Shown here: positions 30,145 to 40,174 of the stretch, in pieces
Position numbering within the stretch: the first letter of the stretch is position 1
Layout of the letters: each line of letters begins with the position of its first letter
From: an uncultured virus (IMG/VR IMGVR_UViG_3300010429_002600)
Taxonomy: Duplodnaviria; Heunggongvirae; Uroviricota; Caudoviricetes
DNA: 64,000 nucleotides
Reading direction: 5' to 3' (one strand)
IMG/VR virus record: IMGVR_UViG_3300010429_002600
Made by a program: the position numbers and the translations under genes
Notes under the pieces: generated by a model
Database searches by the model: none
Seen by the model: the letters and a program-made list of their open reading frames with translations, nothing else
Told to the model about the DNA's origin: nothing

Positions 30145-30267
30145 TCATTCCTTTCCCTCCTCGAATGTACAATCTATACAAGTTCCATTTTCGATAAAAA
30201 TAGAAAGTATATACCGGTCGCAACATTCGCAGAATTCAAAACCGCTCATTGAATCTATTAATTCCAT
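30145..30267 (-). CDS. 40-aa zinc-finger mini-protein (not in ORF track)
   Basis: MELIDSMSGFEFCECCDRYILSIFIENGTCIDCTFEEGKE; GAAAGGAAGG RBS. Confidence 0.55.
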   Translation of the reverse strand: MELIDSMSGFEFCECCDRYILSIFIENGTCIDCTFEEGKE

Positions 30268-30348
30268 AATAAAATCCTTCCTTTCTTTTCAAAAGTCCTT
30301 CATGTACAATAAAAAAGAGGACTTGGAAAAGTCCTCTTTGATATGTTT

Positions 30349-31152
30349 CTATTTCTGGAATATGATATCTATATGGCATGTGCAGGGATAAACTAAATAT
30401 TGTAATTTTCTGTGAACCTCAGATTCTTTTTCGTACCATTCTTCAGATTCATTAGGAAATTCTTCTTTTAGTTCTTCAGTTAATAAAAACTCTATTTCCT
30501 GTAAATATCCATATTCTGAAGTATAAAAACATTCTGGAATGTCAGACACTGGTAAATAATACGTACCTTCATTCCGGTCGTTTTCAGTCTCAAAATATTT
30601 TAGCATCTCATCAATTCGTTGAATTTTTTCAAGTTCCGTGATATTTTCATCCGTACTTTTCCAGGAAAATAAACCAGTAGATTCTAGGGTTTTTATGGCT
30701 TTTTCATAGGTTTCTAATTCTTCGACTGTAAAAATCCTGATATTCTCCTGCAAGTCCTCTCTATAGTCCTCCAATGGTAAAGAATAGGTTTTTAAATTGC
30801 CATTAGAAGTTAAGTTACATTGCAAGGGATAACACGGACTACATTGATCTGCAAATTTGATATACTTTGAATGCGTGATTTGTAAAATTCCTTCATGGTA
30901 GATATAGGAATAATCTGAATTTTCATCTTCTATGAATTTGCCTGATTCTTCGTCGAATTTAAAACCTATAAGCATGGTTGAATTGTCAGATTCATAACAA
31001 TTATCATGATATTCTTCTTTACAGTCTTTTTCATGCTCATAAAAATCTAAATCGATTCCATAGTCAATTTCATCGAAGATAAAATCATGACATTCGTTCT
31101 GTGAAATAACTCCTCCGTAAATACGATCAAAATACATAGGTCCTCTCATCAT
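30349..31152 (-). CDS. Highly acidic hypothetical protein (candidate anti-defence)
   Basis: Strong D/E bias; GAAAGGA RBS. Confidence 0.65.
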   Translation of the reverse strand: MMRGPMYFDRIYGGVISQNECHDFIFDEIDYGIDLDFYEHEKDCKEEYHDNCYESDNSTMLIGFKFDEESGKFIEDENSDYSYIYHEGILQITHSKYIKFADQCSPCYPLQCNLTSNGNLKTYSLPLEDYREDLQENIRIFTVEELETYEKAIKTLESTGLFSWKSTDENITELEKIQRIDEMLKYFETENDRNEGTYYLPVSDIPECFYTSEYGYLQEIEFLLTEELKEEFPNESEEWYEKESEVHRKLQYLVYPCTCHIDIIFQK

Positions 31153-31187
31153 AGATCAATCCTTTCTTTTCTAAAATAAAAATGGGA

Positions 31188-31787
31188 TTACAGATATTTT
31201 TGGGTAATGGAAATTTCAAGGTCAATACTCCAATCAAGATCTGATATTTTTTCTCCGAAGAGTTCCCTGAACTCTTTTTCTGGGAAAAGGTCAAAAATCC
31301 ATCGTTCGGCAGATTCCCGATCATATTCCAGATCTAGATCTTTGATTTCTTTTTTCCCATCAGGCCATATTTCGATCATTTTTTCAAGGTCAATGTTTTC
31401 CGATTCATGATATAGCCATCTAAAATCACTGACATCATATTTCCATTCTATCCAACAATCTGAATTACAACCAATAGAATTTCGGTGAATTTCGTGGTAG
31501 AAAGAAAATCCCTCTTCACAGTCGAAATCAATTATGAATGTTTTTCTGCTTGCAATCCACTCAAGGAATTCTGTCATGAATTCCTCTTCGTGGATTGTCC
31601 CAAGGGCTTTTTTTGCAAGAATTTCTGATATTTTTTCTCCCACTTCCCAGTGGGAGATGATTCCTTCCTCTTCTCTGATTTTTTCTATATTTTCGGGAAG
31701 ATCGGAGAGAATCTCCTCTTTTTCCACATAAAGTACTCTGGATTCTGTCTGGACAAAATGCCCTTGCATATTTTTGTAGAATTTCAT
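31188..31787 (-). CDS. Acidic hypothetical protein
   Basis: Probable start MKFYKN at 31787 with GAAAGGA RBS; E/D rich. Confidence 0.65.
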   Translation of the reverse strand: MKFYKNMQGHFVQTESRVLYVEKEEILSDLPENIEKIREEEGIISHWEVGEKISEILAKKALGTIHEEEFMTEFLEWIASRKTFIIDFDCEEGFSFYHEIHRNSIGCNSDCWIEWKYDVSDFRWLYHESENIDLEKMIEIWPDGKKEIKDLDLEYDRESAERWIFDLFPEKEFRELFGEKISDLDWSIDLEISITQKYL

Positions 31788-31897
31788 AATAATCCTTTCT
31801 TTCTCCTCTTTTTGGAACAGGAAAAGAGATAAACCTGTAATAAACATGGCTCTATAAATAGAAAAAGGACTTGCCAGAGGTGACAAGTCCTTTAAAA

Positions 31898-32287
31898 CTA
31901 TACATTTCTATCGAAAATAGCGTAATTTCCAGAAGATAATTTATGACTGTCTAAATCATATTCAAATAGATGATCCCTGTATTTTTCTATATCTACGTAG
32001 TCAAATATATTACTGCCATTAGAAATTTTGAAATTTTCACAGAAGTCTTTTTTTGCAAATAGATATAGGCTTTCAACGATATCAATTCTTTTTTCCTGAT
32101 ATCTAATCCAGATGTCTATATCTAGTAGATTTTCTATATAGTCTGGATCTTCATCTATGAAATAGAGAAAAGATTCCTTTTCATCATTATTATCCCAGAA
32201 AAGGTCCCTCCTGCGTAACATATTTGATATGGTTTTTCTGCATTTTTTTGAAAGCTGTTTATATATTTTTTTCAGCAGAGTTTTCAT
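31898..32287 (-). CDS. ArdA-like antirestriction protein
   Basis: C-terminal 'FA...IFDYVDIEKYRDHLFEYD...GNYAIF' resembles the ArdA C-terminus. Confidence 0.45.
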   Translation of the reverse strand: MKTLLKKIYKQLSKKCRKTISNMLRRRDLFWDNNDEKESFLYFIDEDPDYIENLLDIDIWIRYQEKRIDIVESLYLFAKKDFCENFKISNGSNIFDYVDIEKYRDHLFEYDLDSHKLSSGNYAIFDRNV

Positions 32288-32355
32288 TTTTAATCCCTCC
32301 TTTTTTAAAATCCTTCTATAAATAGAAAAACCCCTATTTTAGGGGTTTTATGGGG

Positions 32356-32427
32356 TTATTTTAGTTCGGAAAAAATGATTAAGAGGAGAACGAAGAAAAA
32401 CAATAGATATTGAATTATATTTTTCAT
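32356..32427 (-). CDS. 23-aa hydrophobic peptide
   Basis: MKNIIQYLLFFFVLLLIIFSELK; weak RBS. Confidence 0.3.
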   Translation of the reverse strand: MKNIIQYLLFFFVLLLIIFSELK

Positions 32428-32818
32428 ACTTTAAACCAGCTTTCAAATTCATTCATCAAGTCTTGGATTGTATCTAAATCTTCTTGCAATCGTGATCTGT
32501 ATAATTATACGAATATTCATTTTATTTTAGTCCTTTCTTCAAAAAAAAATAGGTTCTATAAATAGAAAAAGCTTTGAAAGTTCAAAGCTTTTGATTTAGA
32601 AAGGATTTTATACTGGCAATTTTAAGGATATATTATTTGCCAGTTTTAAAACCTTTTGAATATCTCAAGGGTGTTTTCTCATACCCTCTTTACCTCTCTG
32701 TGTCTGCAATCTCTTTTTGAGTCCTCCCTATGGGGGTTATACTACCAGATCCCATACCGCCTACAGGTATTCAGGAGGTTTGATATTCTATTTTCAAACT
32801 ACATTATTTATTGTCTCT

Positions 32819-32847
32819 ATTTTAGCACTATTTTTTATACTTTGCAA
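32819..32847 (-). promoter_or_regulatory. Leftward early-type promoter
   Basis: TTGCAA-17-TAAAAT with extended TG and AT-rich upstream. Confidence 0.65.
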
Positions 32848-34127
32848 TAGTGATTTATATTTTTTTATATCTTTTTATGTTATTTATACAAGAAACATAG
32901 ATAACATAAGGAAAAGAAATTTTTAAAATTATTTTTTTAGGTTTACCTGGTATTTTTCAAAAATTCGAATTTTGAAGAAAAGAATAGTCATGATATATTC
33001 TCTTTTTTGAGATAGAATCAAAGTATTTGATTCTCTGTGTTTTTTTATTGGTCTATTTTGATATATCGGATTTATACCAGAATAGTTTTTATGTCTCCTG
33101 TGATGCATCAGGAGGCTTTACTTTTCGTTTTTTGTGGAATTATTGCTATAGGGAATTTTTAGGAGATTACAGAGGATTGTAGAGAAGAAGTTATTATCTT
33201 ATCTATGTATATAGTTTATATCTATACACTACCATTCTATAGATACTTATTTATATTGTTTTTTATGGTGTTGTGTATATACTTAGTACCTATACACTGT
33301 AGTTATATAGATAGAATGTTGATGAATAAAGGGATTAATTTATTTTTTCAGGAAAAAACTAATTAATTAAGGAATTAGTTTATTTATTTTATTGGTTTTT
33401 ATGTACGTCACTACAGACTATACAACGGTGTTATATAGATGTTATGTGAATGGTTTTTATATTGAAGTGTTGATAGAATGAGATAGGAAAAGGGTTTCAT
33501 CTATGTATTGTGAGTGTATAGATGGAGAAGATAGAGGAACATAGAAGAAAGTAATCAATATCGTAATGTTTTAATTTTAGGCACATTACACAAAAGAACT
33601 TTGAAAAATAAGGGTTTTTTATTGCTATCTATTATTATATGCTACACTTTATGCAACACTTCTGTGGCATGCATGCCACACTTATGTAACATGTTACACT
33701 TTTTTTATATTTATGTTACACTTTGTAACATGGCCCTTTACACATGTGTAAAGCATGAGCAATAATTATGTGTAATATTAATCAATCCCTTATGGCATAA
33801 GGCTTTGCTATACATTCATATATACTTATCACTTCTGAATAGTTCCAATATCGAAGGTTTTTGAGACTGCATAAAGCCTTACGCCGTATAGGTTTGTTGT
33901 GATTTATTCGTTGTATTATGGCCCTGTATAGTAAGGAAAGCGGGAAGTGGTTATGGCAACCAGGGAACGCCCCATAACGCCCGGAATGTGGCATATACCC
34001 GACAGCCCTATTTTCAAATTCAACCCCTCTCTGCCTCATCCCCTCTCTCTCTCATTCCCCCTTTATCCCCCAAAATCCCTCCACATTTCCCTCGCTCAAA
34101 CCACAAATCGTTCATTCATCACCATAT

Positions 34128-34584
34128 CCCATAAACAAAAACCAACTTTCCGACTAAAAAACTAAGTTAATTCATAAAATCTCAAATCAAATCATTATCA
34201 CCATATCTCCCGAAGTCTCAAGGCTCCGAAATAAGTAATTCAATAGTGCCGTATTTCTGGAGACACATCATTTCCAAAATCCGTAAATAAAGACCAACTT
34301 TCCTAATTTAAAACTAAGTTAATTCATGAGATCATTTGTTTAATCATGACCTTATTCGAAATACTAGTAAGTTGGTAGTATACGAAGGGGTGAATTATTT
34401 CATTCCTTCATCACCCGTGTAATTCTGTTAGCTCGACACCAACTATTTAGCTCGACATTTAGCTCGACATAACAAAAACAATAAAAAAAGAAATAAAACC
34501 CTTTTTTTTCTCATCAAAACGAACTAAAATGTTAACAAACTCAATTAAAACCGTAATAAAACCACAAAAACTAATTAATTCCAT
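34128..34584. repeat. Degenerate direct repeats (accaactttcc...aaaactaagttaattcat x2 plus a partial third; tagctcgaca x3)
   Basis: Copies near 34141, 34293 and 34567; tagctcgaca at 34428-34469. Confidence 0.7.
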
Positions 34585-34589
34585 ATCTC

Positions 34590-34619
34590 TTGACATACGC
34601 TGGGAGACAGGGTTATAAT
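34590..34619 (+). promoter_or_regulatory. Promoter with 18-bp spacer carrying the ACCCTG-N5-CAGGGT-type dyad
   Basis: TTGACA-tacgctgggagacagggt-TATAAT. Confidence 0.8.
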
Positions 34620-34894
34620 AGGAGAAAATAGGAAGGAGGGATAATATGTTTCCACCAATCAGTAAGGCGGCGTATAATGTTTACTTTGAGGCTAGTAAAG
34701 AGGCTGTGGCTGCCGAGGACATAAGGTTCTGAGACTGGTTTGTTTTAAGGAAGTTTCAGGGTGATCGTATTTCCGAGGTGAAGAAGTATTATCCAACGAT
34801 ACATTTATATTTGACCAGTGAGTTTATTTGGTGGATGTTTTGTGTATTAAGTATAGGGCGTTATATATGTCCGCATTGTGGGAGGGGGTAAATT

Positions 34895-35179
34895 ATGTTC
34901 ATACCTGTAATATTTAAATTGCTCTGGGTATTTTGGATACCTGTAACAGTAATATCTTTTATAATATACTTTGCTGTTAAATTTGAAACTGATTCCTTTG
35001 GTGATCCAAGTCCTAAAGATTTTCCTATAAATTCTTTGGGGTATATTATGGACTGGGTTCTTTGCATAATAATGTGGTCTGGGATTTTCTGCTCTGTAGT
35101 AATACCTGTTGTTTATTATCTTTATTGTTTGATTTATGGATGGGTCGTGTGGATGGTAAAAATAGCGGAGGGGGTATAA
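34895..35179 (+). CDS. Small two-TM membrane protein
   Basis: Two hydrophobic segments. Confidence 0.55.
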   Translation: MFIPVIFKLLWVFWIPVTVISFIIYFAVKFETDSFGDPSPKDFPINSLGYIMDWVLCIIMWSGIFCSVVIPVVYYLYCLIYGWVVWMVKIAEGV

Positions 35180-35516
35180 ATAATGTCAGCCGACTGGACT
35201 GGTTTTTATAGTGTTATCGATGAGGGGGGGTACTTCTTTTCAATGCCAGTGCTGTGGCAAGTGGAATAAGGATGGTTTCCCCAAAATGGAGTTCTCCTTT
35301 TGCAATACGGAGTGTTCTCAGAAGTGGGAGAAAGCAGATGGGTTACGTATTTTAGGGGAGTTAGCGGAAGAGTGTAAGGTAATGGCTCGGAAGTATGATA
35401 TGCACCAAAATATGGCGGGGATGTTTCGTTCTGGAATGTCTGTGGCATATGCGGATTGCATACGGAGGATCGAAGATTTAATCTTGAGGTATAGATAAAG
35501 GAGAGGGGATCTAAAT

Positions 35517-35882
35517 ATGAAACTAACCAAAGAGGAATTAAAACTAAGAGAGCTTCGGCGGGACTGTATGGATTTGCTCTCAACAGTGTGGAGAGAGGGG
35601 GAATATATGCCCCTGATGGTAAAGAAGCGAAAAGAAATTATTAAGCACCTGAAGAGGCATTTTTCGGGAGTAGTGATAGTTCAGCCAGAGGGGAAACATC
35701 ATTTCCCATTACAGGTAATAGATGGGTTGCAGGACGGGAGTCTTACTTTCGATAAGAAGATGGCGATATGTTATCGTGGTGAGAGATTTTTTTTCCCGGA
35801 GGATATATTTTCGGTGAATGATTTTGATTTAGTATTACAGGGGGCGTTGCCAATGTATGAATTTTCAAAGGGGGAAAAATAA
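35517..35882 (+). CDS. Hypothetical protein
   Basis: RBS and ORF. Confidence 0.55.
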   Translation: MKLTKEELKLRELRRDCMDLLSTVWREGEYMPLMVKKRKEIIKHLKRHFSGVVIVQPEGKHHFPLQVIDGLQDGSLTFDKKMAICYRGERFFFPEDIFSVNDFDLVLQGALPMYEFSKGEK

Positions 35883-35884
35883 CA

Positions 35885-36115
35885 ATGAAATTAGTGCCGC
35901 TTGTATGTCCAACCTGCGGAGCAGAATATAGGGGAAATCCATTTGTTATAACTTTATCTAATAATCTCTCGATGACTGATTTACATGATATTCGTGAGAT
36001 GATAGAGAAAACCCCTATGCCGAATATAGTGGTGGGAGACGATATAAAGATAACGCCCCTGTCTCATATTAAGTGTCAGCATTGTGGCGTGGTATCAAAA
36101 ATTATAGAGGGGTAG
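35885..36115 (+). CDS. Zinc-ribbon protein
   Basis: CPTCG...CQHCG. Confidence 0.6.
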   Translation: MKLVPLVCPTCGAEYRGNPFVITLSNNLSMTDLHDIREMIEKTPMPNIVVGDDIKITPLSHIKCQHCGVVSKIIEG

Positions 36116-36130
36116 AAAGGAGAAAAGATT

Positions 36131-36670
36131 ATGATAGGATTGTTTAATTCAATTTTATTAATGGATATGTACAGGGCGAAGTTGAGGAATTTGGGTGATA
36201 CCCTGCGCCCGAGCGCAAAGAAGATCGGGGCAACTGAATGTCAGCGGTGTGGACTTTGTTGCTGGCAGAGGCCCTGTTCCTGGGATAAAGAGGCTCTGGA
36301 GAGGCTGGCTGCGTTGAAAGGCATTATTCCTGCAGAAGCATTTAAGAAGTATTTTGTAGTGGACAGTGTAAATGGAACTGATTTGTATCTGTTTCCTATC
36401 AGAAAATCTCAGCAGAGATTTGCGGGTGAATATCTCCCATCTGATGAAACCTATTGTATTGATACTCCCTGTATATTCCTGGCGGAGGAGAATGTGTGTG
36501 AGTGCCATGATATTAAGTCCAGGGTCACTGTAGAGATGGGATGCTGGAAGGATGAACCATCGGAAAGGTTTATGGCTGTTATGGACAGGTCTTACCTGTT
36601 ATCCCTGGGGTGGGATGGATGTATGGGTGACGAAGAGGACTGGGATGATGAAGACTGGGATGATGAATGA
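36131..36670 (+). CDS. YkgJ/CxxCxxCC family Fe-S/Zn cluster protein
   Basis: 'CQRCGLCC', 'PCIFL....C'. Confidence 0.75.
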   Translation: MIGLFNSILLMDMYRAKLRNLGDTLRPSAKKIGATECQRCGLCCWQRPCSWDKEALERLAALKGIIPAEAFKKYFVVDSVNGTDLYLFPIRKSQQRFAGEYLPSDETYCIDTPCIFLAEENVCECHDIKSRVTVEMGCWKDEPSERFMAVMDRSYLLSLGWDGCMGDEEDWDDEDWDDE

Positions 36671-36689
36671 TTTTAGGAGCGGAGTGAAC

Positions 36690-36998
36690 ATGAAACCAGA
36701 TAGCACCTGTGGCTATTGTCATTTTGCTGGAGAGCTAATGGAAGAAGATGGGTTTATTTGTATCAACAAAAAAAGCCCGAATTATCTAAAGCACATTTTT
36801 CTAAAGGATCGATGCGGGGAATATTACCGTAATCGACAATGTTTAATGTGTAATAAATGGCAGGGACAGGGAAAATTATTAATGGAACATAATGGCTACC
36901 CTATTTGTATTGAGTGCGGACATAAGATGTGGGAGCAGCATTGGACTGTGGAGAAATTTCTGGAGTGGTTTAAGGAGAGGGAAAAGGGGGGAAAATAA
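36690..36998 (+). CDS. Cys-rich hypothetical protein
   Basis: Multiple CxxC motifs. Confidence 0.5.
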   Translation: MKPDSTCGYCHFAGELMEEDGFICINKKSPNYLKHIFLKDRCGEYYRNRQCLMCNKWQGQGKLLMEHNGYPICIECGHKMWEQHWTVEKFLEWFKEREKGGK

Positions 36999-37152
36999 TT
37001 ATGGAATTAGACTGTAGTTTCTTACAATTCACCGGAATAATCTGTTTAAGTTTAATGATAGTATTCTGCACATTTATAGCAATGTTTAAGATATTATCAT
37101 TACTACTTGACTCTGACTGTAAGATCGATGATAGAGGGGACAGGTATTAATT

Positions 37153-38268
37153 ATGAAACATTTCTCATTATTTACGGGCATAGGCGGATTTGACTTGCCC
37201 TTGAAGGAAATGGGATTTGAATGTGTGGGGTGGAGTGAGATTGATAAATATGCCATAAGGACGTTCGAGGTCAATTTCCCTGAGATGGTGGGGAAGAATT
37301 ACGGAGACATAACTAAAATTGACTGTGCTAATGTTCCTGATTTCAACTTATTGGTAGGCGGATCTCCTTGCCAGGACTTCAGTGTATCGAAGAATAATAG
37401 AGAGGGTTTGGCCGGGAAAAGGTCAGGACTGTTTGAGGAATACCTCAGAATATTAAAAGAAAAACAGCCCGATAATTTTATCTGGGAGAATGTCAAAGGT
37501 GTGCTCTCCTGTAATAAGGGCGAGGATTGGAAATATATTCAATCTTCTTTTGTTGCTGCCGGGTATAGTATAAAGTATCAGGTATTGAATACGAAAGATT
37601 ATGAAATCCCCCAGAACAGGGAGAGAGTTTATGTTGTGGGGCAGAGAGAAGATTTAACCCCTTTTGAGTTTGTTTTTCCTCCGAAAAGGAAGCTGAAGGT
37701 GTTTTTGAAGGATATTATTGAGAATGGTTATGTTGACCGGGAAACTTCTCATTGCATAAAGAAGAACTTTGCGTTTACTTCAGAGAGTGATTTAAAAGAC
37801 TATTTGAAAGAAAGTAGAGGTCAGATAGTTTTTGTTGATAGAGATGTAAGTTATTGTATTGACTCGAACTACCATAAAGGTTCGTCACTGGAGTTATATA
37901 AAAACCACTTGCCGCAAGTGGTTTTTAATCGTCCTGTTCAGGTTGATAAAATTGGCAAGGGTGGACAGGGACAGAGAATTTATTCTCTGTCTGGAACTTC
38001 CTGCACCCTTCAATCTGGAGGAGGCGGTCAAGGTGCAAAAACTGGTCTTTACCAATTCGGAGATAAATTCAGAAAACTTACTCCTCTTGAATGTTTCCGG
38101 TTACAGGGTTTTCCTGATGAGTTCTGCCACAGGGCAAAAGAAATAGGGATAAGTAATACTCAACTCTATAGACAGGCAGGGAACGCCGTTACGGTTAATG
38201 TGGTGAGGGCTATACTAGAGAGTCTTTATTTCGATAATATAAAAACAAAGCAATTAGGTTTATTTTGA
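37153..38268 (+). CDS. dcm: DNA (cytosine-5) methyltransferase
   Basis: 'SLFTGIGG', 'GSPCQDFS', 'ENVKG', 'PQNRER', 'RLQGFPD', 'QAGNAV'. Confidence 0.95.
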   Translation: MKHFSLFTGIGGFDLPLKEMGFECVGWSEIDKYAIRTFEVNFPEMVGKNYGDITKIDCANVPDFNLLVGGSPCQDFSVSKNNREGLAGKRSGLFEEYLRILKEKQPDNFIWENVKGVLSCNKGEDWKYIQSSFVAAGYSIKYQVLNTKDYEIPQNRERVYVVGQREDLTPFEFVFPPKRKLKVFLKDIIENGYVDRETSHCIKKNFAFTSESDLKDYLKESRGQIVFVDRDVSYCIDSNYHKGSSLELYKNHLPQVVFNRPVQVDKIGKGGQGQRIYSLSGTSCTLQSGGGGQGAKTGLYQFGDKFRKLTPLECFRLQGFPDEFCHRAKEIGISNTQLYRQAGNAVTVNVVRAILESLYFDNIKTKQLGLF

Positions 38269-38285
38269 GATAAAAGAAACTATTC

Positions 38286-38315
38286 TTGACATACCCTGTC
38301 CCCCAGGGTTATAAT
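38286..38315 (+). promoter_or_regulatory. Promoter with perfect ACCCTG-N5-CAGGGT dyad in an 18-bp spacer
   Basis: TTGACA-taccctgtcccccagggt-TATAAT. Confidence 0.8.
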
Positions 38316-38336
38316 AGGAGTCTGGAGGTATATGAT

Positions 38337-39269
38337 ATGAATATAGGGTTAGTCACTGATAGTAAGCTCCCTAATTTAGCATTAATGAAGATTAGTGCTT
38401 ATATGAAAAAACAAGGACATAATGTTTTTTTGTATAACCCTTTGTTTTCTCCTCTGCCTGATGTTATTTATTCTTCAAAAATCTTCAAAATTTCTTCTGA
38501 GTATCAATATTATCCGGATGGCTGTAAAATTATAAAGGGAGGCTCCGGGTATTCTCTTTCAAGAAAATTACCGGATGCGATTGAATATATTTATCCGGAT
38601 TATTCTTTATTCAATTGCAAAGATGCCATTGGTTTTACCTCAAGGGGTTGTATTCGAAAATGTAAGTTTTGTATAGTTCCTGAAAAAGAGGGGGGTATAA
38701 AAGCTGTTTCTGATATATATTCTTTTTGGAGAGATCAGAAAAAAATAATATTATTAGACAATAATATACTGGCATTGCCCGAACATTTTAAATTAGTAGC
38801 CGGACAAATTAAAAAAGAAAATATAGAAGTTGACTTTAATCAGGGGTTAGATATAAGGTTAATAAACGAAGAAAACTCAAGGATATTAGCAGGGTTGAGA
38901 ACAAAGATATTAAGGTTTTCATGGGATAATATGAAAGATGAAAAGTATATATTAAGAGGAATAAAAATTCTCAAGGGTGCTAAAATACCTATAAGCAAAA
39001 TATTTTTCTATTGTTTAATCGGGTATGGGACAACGAGGGAAGAAGATGTTTACAGGGTGGAGAAGATAAAAGAAATAAAGGCCACTGCATTTGCTATGCC
39101 TTTCAACAAAAAAGACCCTTATCAAAAGCAGTTTGCACTATGGGTAAATCAGCACCAGCTTTGTAGAATAATGACGTTTGAGGAGTATAAGGTTTTTCAT
39201 AGAGAAAGGGGAAATAAGATGGTTATAAAAACAAAAGAAAAAGGTAATAACCTGTCTTTAGGGTTATAA
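38337..39269 (+). CDS. Phage radical SAM protein
   Basis: 'PNLALMKIS', 'TSRGCIRKCKFC', 'DFNQGLDIR'. Confidence 0.85.
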   Translation: MNIGLVTDSKLPNLALMKISAYMKKQGHNVFLYNPLFSPLPDVIYSSKIFKISSEYQYYPDGCKIIKGGSGYSLSRKLPDAIEYIYPDYSLFNCKDAIGFTSRGCIRKCKFCIVPEKEGGIKAVSDIYSFWRDQKKIILLDNNILALPEHFKLVAGQIKKENIEVDFNQGLDIRLINEENSRILAGLRTKILRFSWDNMKDEKYILRGIKILKGAKIPISKIFFYCLIGYGTTREEDVYRVEKIKEIKATAFAMPFNKKDPYQKQFALWVNQHQLCRIMTFEEYKVFHRERGNKMVIKTKEKGNNLSLGL

Positions 39270-39301
39270 TAGGAGAAAACAGAAGGGGGTAACTCAAAGG
39301 G

Positions 39302-39466
39302 ATGAGTGAGTCTATGGTAATCAAAGTAGAGTTAGAAGTAACACCGGGGTTATTTTCATTTAATGGCTGTATCTGGTATTATCTTATGCCTATATCCGGG
39401 TGTTTTTTTAACTACCTTGGTATTTTTTATCATTGTGGGTTCGTGTCTGCCCATATAAAGAATTGA
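39302..39466 (+). CDS. 54-aa hydrophobic protein, paralog of 40175..40408 (not in ORF track)
   Basis: IKVELEVT...IFYHCGFV shared with the downstream ORF. Confidence 0.5.
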   Translation: MSESMVIKVELEVTPGLFSFNGCIWYYLMPISGCFFNYLGIFYHCGFVSAHIKN

Positions 39467-39481
39467 GAGAGGATGGGGGCT

Positions 39482-40135
39482 ATGATAAATACGATAATAC
39501 AGGGCGACTGCCTTGAGGTAATGAAGGAAATATCGGAGAAAAGCATAGATATGATATTGTGTGACCTTCCTTATGGAACAACTGCCTGTAAATGGGACAC
39601 AATTATACCCTTTGAACCCCTGTGGGAACAGTATAAACGGGTTATTAAAAAGAATAGTGCTATTGTGTTGTTTGGGAGAGAACCATTTACAAGCAAGTTA
39701 ATAATAAGTAATATTAAGGAATATAAACACAAATGGGTATGGAATAAAAAACAGTCAGGAAGTTTTCAAAACGCAAAATACATGCCGCTTCAAATAGAAG
39801 AGGATGTAATTTGCTTTTGTGAAGGCAAGGTTAAATATTTCCCCCTAATGAGGATAGGAAAATACAGAAAAAAGGGTGGAAGTAAAAAAAAGAACCTTGT
39901 TGCAGAAGGGTTAATGCCCTGTCAAAAATATAATAATTTATATTTCCCAATAAATATTTTAGAATTTCCTAACTGTAGCAATAGAAAGAACAATGTCCAC
40001 CCCACTCAAAAACCCGTAGCCTGTATAAATACGAATAGAAACTTTATAGGTGTAGAGAAAGAACCTGAATATGTGGAGATAGCGAGGGCGAGGGTTGAGT
40101 CTGCAAAGCGAAAGAGAGAGGAGTTATTATTCTGA
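39482..40135 (+). pseudogene. Beta-class N4/N6 DNA methyltransferase lacking the SAM-binding motif I (in-frame deletion)
   Basis: 'GDCLEVM', 'CDLPYG' present; 'HPTQKPVA' runs straight into 'CINTNRNFIGVE' with no VLDxxxGSGT. Confidence 0.75.
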
Positions 40136-40174
40136 AAGTTCAGATGAATATGTTTTAAGGGGGTAATTAATCAA

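Noticed and set aside
31851..32570. TATAAATA as T4-type late promoters
   Set aside because: They would be antisense to the genes, no gp55-like sigma is seen, and the motif is better described as a dyad next to terminators
38286..38336. TTG start of the radical SAM ORF in the track
   Set aside because: That TTG is the -35 box; the ATG at 38337 has a GGAGG RBS
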